A stretch of DNA of 63,966 nucleotides, filler included, from Thraustochytrium aureum (taxonomy: Eukaryota), in the NCBI GenBank assembly GCA_012862495.1. It is 9 parts of 5 records of this genome, joined end to end, with 100 filler letters (N's around TTAATTAATTAA, not from the genome) between each part and the next. Parts side by side here need not be neighbours in the genome. Positions count along the whole stretch, not along the records: positions 1 to 9,137 come from BLSG01000208.1; positions 9,238 to 18,464 come from BLSG01000208.1; 7 more parts are not named here. One strand, written 5' to 3'. The position numbers were made by a program, and so were the translations under genes. Below the pieces are notes generated by a model, which worked only from the letters and a program-made list of their open reading frames with translations, was not told the origin of the DNA and ran no database searches. Below, in pieces: positions 1 to 9,883 of this stretch; the first letter of the stretch is position 1; each line of letters opens with the position of its first letter.

Positions 1-66
1 AAACCGCCGCTCGGCGCTTGACGCGGAGCGGCCCCTACCACTTCTCTTGCGTCAAAGCGCAGCGCG

Positions 67-158
67 GCTCTGGAGCTCGCTAGCTCTGGAGCTCGCTAGC
101 TCTGGAGCTCGCTAGCTCTGGAGCTCGCTAGCCCTGGAGCTCGCTAGCTCTGGAGCTA
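67..158. repeat. 16-bp tandem repeat (GCTCTGGAGCTCGCTA) x~5.7
   Basis: Read directly; one copy has a T>C change; last partial copy overlaps the stop codon of the adjacent minus-strand gene. Confidence 0.95.
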
Positions 159-1241
159 GATTCGCGCCTCGCGGTAGATCTGATTTTGCCGCGCCAGCAG
201 GGCCTCGTCAAGCTTGCTGGGAAACGCATGGGCAAGCAAGTGGTCGATGCAGCTCTGAACAGGGGTGAAAAGGCCCCTTGAGAAACTTGGCCTTGTATCG
301 CGTCTCGCCCGAGGAAAAGTCCTCGTCCATGAGCAAGGCAGTCTCTGGTCGCCGCAGCGCCTCGGTGGCGTCAAAGTGCAGGAACGAGTTGCTAAAGTCG
401 TCAAAGGAGGCGCAAAAGCAGTGCAGGGTCGGATCGGAGATCTTGGCAAGCAGCTCAGGCACAACGTTCGTCGGCACGAACGCCTCCTTCGTGATGTGCA
501 CCAGCACGTACCCGGCCGGAACGCCAGCGGCGCGGAGCAAGGCGATCTGCAGGTTGGCCTTGTTGGTGCACATGCCCTCGCGCGAAGCGAGCGTCTCGCT
601 CGCTCTCTGGTCCTTGGGGTGCAGCACGTACGTGATGTGCTCGCGCACCCAGTTGCGCACGCGGCTAGCCGCCTCAGTGATCGAGCACCCAGGCGGGATG
701 ATCCGCCGCGCAAGGGAAACCACTTCGGGGTGCCCGGCATCGCAGAACAGCGTCGGCAGCAAGAATGGCATCAAGTGCATGCGCCCAGGAGTCGGCCGCC
801 CGAGTCCAAGGTCCCACGGCACGGCGCAGCTCGCAGGTGCGGCGCGCAGCGCAGGGTGGCTCGCCGCTGAAACGGTTGCCTTGGCGAACTCCGGGTTGCG
901 CGCCAAGAAATGCTTTGAAAGGTACGAGCAGCTGGGCAGAACGCGAAGGCCAAGGTCCAAGCACGCGCGAAAGGCATCGCGCGACAGCGCCTCTGCGATG
1001 CCGTGCTTGCGCAGCGCCTCCGGCACGAACGTCTCAAACATTTCCACGACGCCCCAGCCCACCGGCTCGTACTCAATATAAGCCACGCTCTCGGCCTCCT
1101 CGTCGCCCCGCTTCCTCTTCCCCGGCCCGCGCGGCGCCGTCCTTCCCGCCGTAGCCGCCCCCTCGCCTGCCGCGGACGTCGCCGACGCTTTCCGGTGAAC
1201 GAAACGTTGGTTGGCCGCGTCGTGCTCGAAGACCCATTCCG
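156..1241 (-). CDS. YjdJ/NATD1-type GNAT domain fused to transglutaminase-like domain (5' end in gap)
   Basis: GNAT part: AYIEY...ETFVPEALRKHGIAEAL...RVLPSCSY. TGase part: ASETLASREGMCTNKANLQIALLRAAGVPA, LHCF, HFDAT (Cys-His-Asp). A 1-nt shift in the T-run near 268-271 links to the C-terminus in ORF 156..740. Confidence 0.8.
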
Positions 1242-1748
1242 NNNNNNNNNNNNNNNNNNNNNNNNNNNNNNNNNNNNNNNNNNNNNNNNNNNNNNNNNNN
1301 NNNNNNNNNNNNNNNNNNNNNNNNNNNNNNNNNNNNNNNNNNNNNNNNNNNNNNNNNNNNNNNNNNNNNNNNNNNNNNNNNNNNNNNNNNNNNNNNNNNN
1401 NNNNNNNNNNNNNNNNNNNNNNNNNNNNNNNNNNNNNNNNNNNNNNNNNNNNNNNNNNNNNNNNNNNNNNNNNNNNNNNNNNNNNNNNNNNNNNNNNNNN
1501 NNNNNNNNNNNNNNNNNNNNNNNNNNNNNNNNNNNNNNNNNNNNNNNNNNNNNNNNNNNNNNNNNNNNNNNNNNNNNNNNNNNNNNNNNNNNNNNNNNNN
1601 NNNNNNNNNNNNNNNNNNNNNNNNNNNNNNNNNNNNNNNNNNNNNNNNNNNNNNNNNNNNNNNNNNNNNNNNNNNNNNNNNNNNNNNNNNNNNNNNNNNN
1701 NNNNNNNNNNNNNNNNNNNNNNNNNNNNGGTTCTCGTGCACGGTGTGT

Positions 1749-1757
1749 GCCTGCGTG

Positions 1758-1825
<68 letters not shown>

Positions 1826-1827
1826 CC
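1749..1827. repeat. (GCCT)n microsatellite
   Basis: About 19 tetranucleotide units next to an assembly gap. Confidence 0.95.
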
Positions 1828-2419
1828 GAGGACGCGGTGCCTGTGACACCAGTGGCGCTGGCGGTGTCCTGTGGTGTGCTGGGCTCGACGATGCGTGCGC
1901 ATCGCGAGCGTGGTTGCCTCATGACCAGACTCGCAGTTTCGTCGAGTGCAGTGCGCGAAAGTCGAGGAGTACTCCTGTCACGGTACTCCCTGAACCTCAT
2001 CGTTTGTTTGTCGTTTGTTTGTTTGTCTCGTGGGCGCTTGCGTTTTGGCCCCTGTTCTGCTTGCTGTTGCGTTTGGCTTGGGCGCGTGCGTGGGCGGGCA
2101 AGCACCCGGCGCGGCTCACGCACCTGCGTCGCTTGCCAGTGGCGCGGCTCAGGCAAGCAGCAGCGCTCTAGGCCTTGCTACTCGCGCTCTTGCTCGAGCC
2201 AGCAGCGCAGGCTCTCTCGCGCCGTGTGTGCTGGCCGTCCGCTGGCAGCCCTGGCACACGCACCATCCCGCCAACTGGCAAGCAACAGGAACGCGAGGGC
2301 GCGCGAGGATGGAGCTCGGGCGCAGCGGCAGCGCCTGGACGCAGAGGGTGTCCTGGACAAGGAGACGAAGCGGGGTGCGGCGAGGCAAAGGCGGAGGTGC
2401 GCAGGGCGGCGAGTTTGTG

Positions 2420-3547
2420 ATGGTAAACCCGGACGCCGAAGTGCAGCTAGAAGCCGCTCTCGACGAGGGCGAGCTGGTCGGGCTGGTAAAGGCGGACGAC
2501 GACGGAAATGAGCATTTCACCGACGCGCGCAGCGCTGCAGCAACCGCCTCGTACGGCAAGGGCGCACCCGCACGCCGATCGGTATTCGGCAAACTATTCG
2601 GCGCATGGCGCCGCCGCCGCGAGAGCACGGCTCTCACCTACGGCCCGCCGCAAGCCTTGAAAGCAGTCATCGAGGACCCAGGTGCCCGCGGGGAAGTGAA
2701 TTTTGGAGTCCTCGCCCTTGGGCGAAGCTCGCTTCCGCGTGGTTGGGCCAGTGCTCGGCGTGGCGAAACCAGGCAGAACGACTCGTCCAGCTCAATCTCG
2801 TCGCATCTGCAGGCCAGCGACGCGGCAAGCACAGCCAAAACTCCAGGCCAAACCTCCTGTCGGGCGCTGTACAAACTGCCAGCGTGCACGGCGCCCACCT
2901 CTGCGCTCGAGACGTCCGGGCGCTGGCGCGCGCCTTGTCAAAGGGCGTCCCGCGCCTCGAAGAACTACAGGTTGTCGACATTAGCACAGCTGACCCCGGT
3001 CCCCTGCGCGAACTTCTTGACTCGCTTTGCGGATGCCCCGCGCTGAGACTTTTAGAGGTTAGCCGGGTGGACGTTTCGCGCGACGACCTCAGGGCTGCGC
3101 TCGCCGAGCTGCCCGCCCTGCGCTCCCTTACGCTGCGCCTCAACGGGTTTTCTGCAGAAGACGTGGATGCGCTGTCTATTGGCTCTGGCTTGCCGCACCT
3201 TGTGCGGCTAGATCTGAGCGGGAACCCGATTGGAGAGGCGATCCCGCTTGAGGGCTGGGCCGGGCTCAAGCTCGATGAGCTGTCTCTTCGGGCGTGCGAC
3301 GTCGGCTTGCAAGGGTGCAAGGCACTTGCCCTTGCGCTGGCGGATGGGACTCTTGCAGTTGGTGCGCTTGATCTCGGAGGCAACCCGATCGGGCAAGAGG
3401 CGGGCGCTTCTCTGGGGGCCATCGCGAACGCCGTCGTTTCGCTGGACCTCAGCTACACACAACTCGGAGCCGAAGGGTGCGCTTCTCTCTGTGCGAGCTT
3501 GAGGAGTTCGTCCTTGGTTTCTCTCGATCTTCGATGCGTCGCAATCG
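2420..3547 (+). CDS. Ribonuclease-inhibitor-like leucine-rich repeat protein (frameshifted; runs into gap)
   Basis: LxxLxLxxN repeats (LRSLTLRLN, LVRLDLSGNPIG, LDLGGNPIG, SLDLSYTQLG) in ORF 2605..; ATG 2420 is in another frame, with the shift between ~2700 and 2900. Confidence 0.7.
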
Positions 3548-4290
3548 NNNNNNNNNNNNNNNNNNNNNNNNNNNNNNNNNNNNNNNNNNNNNNNNNNNNN
3601 NNNNNNNNNNNNNNNNNNNNNNNNNNNNNNNNNNNNNNNNNNNNNNNNNNNNNNNNNNNNNNNNNNNNNNNNNNNNNNNNNNNNNNNNNNNNNNNNNNNN
3701 NNNNNNNNNNNNNNNNNNNNNNNNNNNNNNNNNNNNNNNNNNNNNNNNNNNNNNNNNNNNNNNNNNNNNNNNNNNNNNNNNNNNNNNNNNNNNNNNNNNN
3801 NNNNNNNNNNNNNNNNNNNNNNNNNNNNNNNNNNNNNNNNNNNNNNNNNNNNNNNNNNNNNNNNNNNNNNNNNNNNNNNNNNNNNNNNNNNNNNNNNNNN
3901 NNNNNNNNNNNNNNNNNNNNNNNNNNNNNNNNNNNNNNNNNNNNNNNNNNNNNNNNNNNNNNNNNNNNNNNNNNNNNNNNNNNNNNNNNNNNNNNNNNNN
4001 NNNNNNNNNNNNNNNNNNNNNNNNNNNNNNNNNNNNNNNNNNNNNNNNNNNNNNNNNNNNNNNNNNNNNNNNNNNNNNNNNNNNNNNNNNNNNNNNNNNN
4101 NNNNNNNNNNNNNNNNNNNNNNNNNNNNNNNNNNNNNNNNNNNNNNNNNNNNNNNNNNNNNNNNNNNNNNNNNNNNNNNNNNNNNNNNNNNNNNNNNNNN
4201 NNNNNNNNNNNNNNNNNNNNNNNNNNNNNNNNNNNNNNNNNNNNNNNNNNNNNNNNNNNNNNNNNNNNNNNNNNNNNNNNNNNNNNNNNN

Positions 4291-4779
4291 CCTTACGCTC
4301 GCGGCGGGCGCGCTGCAGTGCCACTGCGAGCCCCTGCAAGCGCGTGTCGCAGAGTGGTCCCCGCGGCCGTGCGCAGTGAAGACGACAACGGCTCGCTCGC
4401 GATATTTGGGAACGTCGTGAAAGGCGTGCTTGTCAGCCGGCTCGCCTGGACCGTCATGCATAGCACCGCCGTCGCGCTCTTGTGCCCCGGCAGGGCCGTC
4501 CACGGGCGGGTTTGCCGGGGCCTCGCCAAGGCCCAAGCCAGATTCTTCAGGGCCCCCAGCAGGGTCACCGGAATGCGCAGAGGCTGTGCGGACCCAGGAG
4601 CACTCCCGCTACCAGCGCCAGCGCGGAAAGTGCTGTTGCCGCGTCGAGTCTGCTCTGGGATTCTGCACGCAGCCGAGCCTCGCCTGCACTGCGACGATCG
4701 CGGTCTCCTTTGGAGCGATATCCGCCTCGCGGCGCTTAATGGCGGCCTCGGCCTAGTCGATGCCCGCCTGGTGGTTTGA
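4291..4779 (+). CDS. C-terminal fragment of unknown protein (possibly the end of the LRR gene)
   Basis: Open frame after the gap ending at TGA 4777-4779, convergent with the next gene; no motif recognised. Confidence 0.35.
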   Translation, partial: PYARGGRAAVPLRAPASACRRVVPAAVRSEDDNGSLAIFGNVVKGVLVSRLAWTVMHSTAVALLCPGRAVHGRVCRGLAKAQARFFRAPSRVTGMRRGCADPGALPLPAPARKVLLPRRVCSGILHAAEPRLHCDDRGLLWSDIRLAALNGGLGLVDARLVV

Positions 4780-4788
4780 GCGCGCTCG

Positions 4789-6198
4789 CTAGAAGGAGGG
4801 CCGCGTCTCGGGCTCGCAGGAGATCCGACGGGAGCGCGGCGCATGCGGGGTAAACAGGCGGTGGGTGCAGAGCAGGTGCGTGTGGAAGACGATCTGGTAA
4901 ACGCAAGTAGCGACCTCCTCGACACGGAGGATGGCGTTCACGTCGGTAGCGTCTTTGGAGCAGACGAACCGGACCAGCGTGAACCGGCTGCCGCCCACCA
5001 CGTCGCAGGGCGACCCGCCCGCGTAGACCTGCACGACGGCCGGGTCCAGTGGGTTTCTGTCCTCGTACAGGAGCCCCGGCGCCTTGGTGTCCCGCTCGAG
5101 CGAGCTGAGCGTGGAGAAATAGGCCGGCGCCTCCAGAGCCGCCTGTGAGGCCACATGCTTGCCGAGCCCATACTCGGCGGTGACCTGCATTGCGCGCTTC
5201 CCACCAAACTCTGCGGTCTCTGTCACGTGAAACTGGCGCACATGCGCCTCTACGCAGAGCTCGTAGGTCCACCACGGGAAGGCCTTATGAAAGCAAAGTC
5301 CTGCCAAAGCGCGCATAGCCGCCCAGGCGTCCTCTGACGTGCGCGACTGGAGCCCCATCTCGCACAGTTTGGGGCTGCACAGAGTCAGCGTGTAGTTGCA
5401 CAGCTGGTGCTCCTCGATCGACTCGAAGACCAAGACAGGCGCGGCCCGGCCCTCGGGCAGCGTCTCTGGTTCTGGACAGCAGAAAAACAAAGCGCGCGAC
5501 TCGCGCGGTGCGCCCGTCTCGTCGCAGGGCTGGCCCCCTGTGAATCGATAGCTGAGGTACAGAAAGGGGTCTGCGTCTGCGTCGGCGCCGGCGCGAGCCT
5601 CGCCGGCGGCCCCGCTGCGCACTACTTGCGAGAGACTGTCGTCGCGCGAGCCGAGACTCCATGCCGCGCTAGCGAGCTGCCGCGTCTGCCCATGAAACTG
5701 AAATACCTCGTCGCGGCAGAACTCGTACGTCCAGTAGCCTTTGCTGATCAGCAGGCAATTCCTGCTCATGAGGTTGAAAAAGTACTCTGCGCCCTGCAGC
5801 AGCTCTCGAGCGGTCACCCCAGTAGCGGCGGTGCCGCTTTGGCCAGCTCTCCCAGGCCCTGCCCTCCTGGGCGTGTTCCCAGCAACTTCGTCGTCCGTGC
5901 GGCAGACCACGGCTCCACCGTCAGCTGTCGCCATCGGCCAGGTCCCCGAGACGATCCCAGGGACCGTCAAGTCCACGCCGAGCGGGCTGCGAAGCTGCGC
6001 CAGCAGCCACGCGTTGCGCTCCTCGTGGCTCTTCGCGTGCGGGGCGCGACGGGCAAACTCGTTCGCGTCCAGGTTTCGCTCAACCCCAGCGCCGGTTGAC
6101 CACGACGCGACCACAACCGCAAGCACTGCCAAGGCGCGCGAGCGGCGGCCGCGGCCCCGCGAGGCGCCCGTGGCAGTCCACTGCCTGCGCAGCTCCAT
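4789..6198 (-). CDS. ER lectin with two MRH domains (OS-9/ERLEC1-like)
   Basis: Two copies of C...W(W)TYExC...QFH and GxxCD...R...FxC...EExxxCxY; N-terminal hydrophobic segment ALAVLAVVVAS. Confidence 0.88.
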   Translation of the reverse strand: MELRRQWTATGASRGRGRRSRALAVLAVVVASWSTGAGVERNLDANEFARRAPHAKSHEERNAWLLAQLRSPLGVDLTVPGIVSGTWPMATADGGAVVCRTDDEVAGNTPRRAGPGRAGQSGTAATGVTARELLQGAEYFFNLMSRNCLLISKGYWTYEFCRDEVFQFHGQTRQLASAAWSLGSRDDSLSQVVRSGAAGEARAGADADADPFLYLSYRFTGGQPCDETGAPRESRALFFCCPEPETLPEGRAAPVLVFESIEEHQLCNYTLTLCSPKLCEMGLQSRTSEDAWAAMRALAGLCFHKAFPWWTYELCVEAHVRQFHVTETAEFGGKRAMQVTAEYGLGKHVASQAALEAPAYFSTLSSLERDTKAPGLLYEDRNPLDPAVVQVYAGGSPCDVVGGSRFTLVRFVCSKDATDVNAILRVEEVATCVYQIVFHTHLLCTHRLFTPHAPRSRRISCEPETRPSF

Positions 6199-6637
6199 CG
6201 CGTCCTCGTCCAGCAGCCCACCCGGCCGCCGTTGGTTTGGGATCTGCCAGCACATTCCATCTGGTGCGCACGCCCTCGCTCTCGGGACGCACGCCCAGGC
6301 CCCCAATGGAATGGCGGCAGAACCTCGCGCAGCGCTGCACCAGCCGCGGTCGCACACCNNNNNNNNNNNNNNNNNNNNNNNNNNNNNNNNNNNNNNNNNN
6401 NNNNNNNNNNNNNNNNNNNNNNNNNNNNNNNNNNNNNNNNNNNNNNNNNNNNNNNNNNNNNNNNNNNNNNNNNNNNNNNNNNNNNNNNNNNNNNNNNNNN
6501 NNNNNNNNNNNNNNNNNNNNNNNNNNNNNNNNNNNNNNNNNNNNNNNNNNNNNNNNNNNNNNNNNNNNNNNNNNNNNNNNNNNNNNNNNNNNNNNNNNNN
6601 NNNNNNNNNNNNNNNNNNNNNNNNNNNNNNNNNNNNN

Positions 6638-7621
6638 CGGGGGGATGCTGATGCTGGTGTCAATGTGGCGGCCACGCCGTGCGCGGTGTCGCGCCGACTC
6701 GAGGAGCTGCGGGATGGCGCACAGGGGGCGTGGGCCGTGCGCTGCCTGCGGCTCGGTCGCAGCGAGCGGGGGCTGCCGGGGGCTGTGCTGCTGGACGGCG
6801 GAAGGCCCGACGCAGCTCGCACGGACATGAGTTTTTTCTTCTACCTGGTCGAGCACGCGGCTTCAGGCCGCGCCGTCCTCGTGGACTGCGGGTTCTTCTC
6901 GCCAAGGTGCGTGGCGGCGTTCGCGGTCCGCGAGTTTGTGCACCCGGTTGAGCTGCTCGGGAGGTGCGGCGTCCTGCCTGGCCAAGTCACCGACATCATT
7001 GTGACGCACGCCCACTGGGACCACCTCAACGGCGTGCACCTGTTCCCCAACGCCGACGTCTGGCTCAGCAGCCGCGAGATGGAGTGGCTCGAATCGATAC
7101 CTTTTGAAACGGGCGCAAAGTCCTCGGCGCGCTGGCTTCGCAGCATGGGCCTTGGCTCGGTCGCTGATGAGATCGGCCCAAAGGGTGTTTCTGCGGCCGA
7201 CGTGGACCGGCTGCGGTGGCTCGAGGCGCGGGGCAGGCTGCACCGTGTCGGCTTTGGCGGCGATCTTGGGCCGGTGCGCCAGGTTTTCGGCAACCTGTTT
7301 ATGGTTGATGCGCACGGGGCGCACACGCCGGGCTCAATCTACGTCGTCGTTGGTGTGCCAGGCTCGAGCGACGAGGCGATCGAGTGGCTCGTGCTCGCAG
7401 GCGATAGCGCCATGCTCTATGCCAACCTTGGAGACCCAGAACGCGCAACGGGCTGCTGTGAGATCTACTCGCGCTGCATGTCGACGCTTCGGGAGATGAA
7501 GCGCGTCGCTCGGCCTGGCTTGGTGATCCCTGCGCACGACGAGGAGCTCACCCGGCGCTTTGCGTGTTGCGCACCGGCCGTATTCGATCTTGCTGCGCCG
7601 CTGCCCGCCGCGCAGCGGTGA
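6638..7621 (+). CDS. Metallo-beta-lactamase-fold hydrolase, N-acyl-homoserine lactonase-like (5' end possibly in gap)
   Basis: VLVDCG, THAHWDH (HxHxDH), AHTPGS, LAGD, IPAHD motifs. Confidence 0.85.
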   Translation, partial: RGDADAGVNVAATPCAVSRRLEELRDGAQGAWAVRCLRLGRSERGLPGAVLLDGGRPDAARTDMSFFFYLVEHAASGRAVLVDCGFFSPRCVAAFAVREFVHPVELLGRCGVLPGQVTDIIVTHAHWDHLNGVHLFPNADVWLSSREMEWLESIPFETGAKSSARWLRSMGLGSVADEIGPKGVSAADVDRLRWLEARGRLHRVGFGGDLGPVRQVFGNLFMVDAHGAHTPGSIYVVVGVPGSSDEAIEWLVLAGDSAMLYANLGDPERATGCCEIYSRCMSTLREMKRVARPGLVIPAHDEELTRRFACCAPAVFDLAAPLPAAQR

Positions 7622-7677
7622 CCTGAGCACCTGGCTTTTACTGCTGCGCTGGATGAGCAAGTCGCGGAGGCCTAGCA

Positions 7678-9137
7678 TTACTGCTGCTCTGGACGAGCAA
7701 GTAGTGGAGGCGCGTGGAGGTCGGGCGCAGCGGCCGGCGTCGCCTCGGTAGAAGCGGCAGTTTCAGGCGAAGCGTCTGCTTCTGTACCACGGGCAGCTGC
7801 GGTAGGCGCGCCTGATTCTGTTTCAGGCGATCCATGGGGCCCAGAAACGGGAGCAGCCGTCGAAGGAAGCAAGGGGTCGTGGAGAGGCGCAAGTGGACCG
7901 GCCGCGTCCGCGTTCGCTGCGTCGCTATCGGCTGGCTCGCCCAACCCTGGAGCTTGGCCATCATGGCCTTGGGCTGCTAACTGAGCTGCGTCCGAAGACT
8001 GCGCCTCCTCGGCAACTCCAGTCTGTTCTGGGCCCTGCCCCGCGTCTTTCGCCTCCTCGTCGTTCTCTTGCGCGTCCTCGTCGCCCTCGTCACCAGAGTC
8101 GAGCAGGACTGTGTCTTTCGTGGCTGCCACTCCTGCCAGGAACGACGGCGTGGAGGACTCTAGAATGTCGTTGATCATCGACTCGACGCGGCGAGTCCCG
8201 TCTGCGAGCTCTATAACGCGCTGCGCTCCAATCGCCTCAAGCATCGTGTCGACGAACTGCGCAAAGTGCGAGTCACCGTCAAGCGCGCTCTCGAGCGCTG
8301 CGAACCGGTCCGGAGCCCGCTCAACCTCCACGAGAAGGGCGACGAGTCGCGGGTCGCGCAGCTGCTTGAGCACGCGCTCGTCCCTGGCCAGGATGTCCAA
8401 CCTGGCGGGCGGGAGACGCCAAGTCTCCTCTCCCCTGCGGTCGAGCGCGCTGTGCTCCCAAGATGAACGCAAGATCTGGCATTTGCGTACGGCTGGCCAC
8501 GCGCTTTGAGGGTGGACCTTCCGGCCCGGCCGGCGCGGCGCGCTTGGCGGATGCCGGCGCAGCGTCGAGGGCGGCGGCCAGGGCTGCTTGCGCGGAAACC
8601 TCCAGTGCCCCTGCATCGAGCACCAGGGTCTCCAGAGACTCGCCGCCAAGGCTCAGGTAAACCTTGACTTTTGTTTTGTCGTTGCTGCCGACGCGGGTTT
8701 TGAGTGGCAGCTTGGCATCGATAGGCTTCTTGATCCACCAAAGCGTTTCGTTCGGGGGCTCTGCGATTTGGGCGTCGGCCTTTTCGAGCGCGGCCTGCAC
8801 GGCTTTGTTTGCTTTTGGCTTGCAAACGCCTCGTCAAGGTCAACGAGCCCGGGGCCGTGACCTGCCCGGCGACACGGGAAAAACGTGCAGAGGGCTTTCG
8901 TCAGGTCCTCTGGAAGCCCTGCAGCAGGCTCCGTCGAAGCAGCGGGTTGTGTTGCAGCAGGTTCTGATGCGTCGGCCTCTGCTGTGGGGGCGGCTATTGC
9001 AGCGGCCTCTGTTGCAGCGACTTTCGTCGTTGAGAGCTCCGTCGCAGCAGCGGTCTCTGTCGCAGCAGCAGGCTCTGTCGCAGCAGCAGGCTCCGCGCAG
9101 CAGCGTCTCTGTCGCAGCAGCAGGCTCTGTCGCAGCA
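7678..9137 (-). CDS. Ala/Glu-rich protein with Hit1/ZNHIT3 C-terminal-like domain (frameshifted, 5' truncated)
   Basis: LKQLRDPRLVALLVEVE...FAQFVDTMLEAIG resembles the Hit1 C-terminal domain; upstream frames (8321..8800 and AATEPA 18-bp coding repeats at ~9040-9137) look coding. Confidence 0.45.
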
Positions 9138-9237
9138 NNNNNNNNNNNNNNNNNNNNNNNNNNNNNNNNNNNNNNNNNNNNTTAATTAATTAANNNNNNN
9201 NNNNNNNNNNNNNNNNNNNNNNNNNNNNNNNNNNNNN
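9138..9237. other. Artificial scaffold spacer
   Basis: N44-TTAATTAATTAA-N44; stops in all six frames. Confidence 0.98.
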
Positions 9238-9255
9238 AACAGCCAACCAGCGGCC

Positions 9256-9290
9256 TCCTGCAGCTACTGCTGCTGCTGCCACTCCTGCCG

Positions 9291-9331
<41 letters not shown>
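9256..9331. repeat. (CTG)n-rich microsatellite
   Basis: Read directly; pure CTG run ~9294-9331. Confidence 0.9.
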
Positions 9332-9333
<2 letters not shown>

Positions 9334-9883
9334 GCGCTGGCTGTGGAATGGGGTCTGCTCTGACCTGGGGTCTCATCAATCGCCACAGTCGCGCAACATG
9401 AGTACTGGACAAGTCAATTGACTTGACTTTCAATATACGTTCAATATAGTTATCGAGGGTCGACAGTTTTATCTTTACTGTCAATATTCGTGCACACTGA
9501 TTATCAATATTGATTGATATTACATGAGCAGCTTGCCGGTTATATAATTATTGAAGAGCCATACAGTTGGTGACGGCGAGCGGAGGAAGGCGCGTATTGG
9601 CAGTCAGTTCTTTCGTTTTTTTATGCTTTTAGATATTGGAATTCAATATCTTTGCCGCGTTCGTGAATGATCGTTGCGGAGAAGCAGCAGAGCAGCAAGT
9701 GACGGCGAGCGGGCAGGCGAGCGGGAGAGCGGGAAAGCGCAGGTACGTGCGTGCCGCGTGGGTGCGCGTGCGTTGCTGCCGTTTCCCTCCTCGTCCTCGC
9801 GGCTGCTGCGGGCGCTCGGTCGGTCGTGCGAGCGGCTCTGCGCTCGGTTTGCGCCAGGTCGCTTTGGAGAACAAAACGTGGGA

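Noticed and set aside
67..158. 16-bp array (also the 11-bp array at 63021 and the motifs at 24495) as CRISPR
   Set aside because: Head-to-tail or degenerate repeats without unique spacers of constant length; no cas genes; eukaryotic context
9182..9193. Recurrent TTAATTAATTAA palindrome (8 copies in the window)
   Set aside because: Always centred in exactly 44+44 Ns; an artificial six-frame-stop joiner, so gene neighbourhoods across it are meaningless
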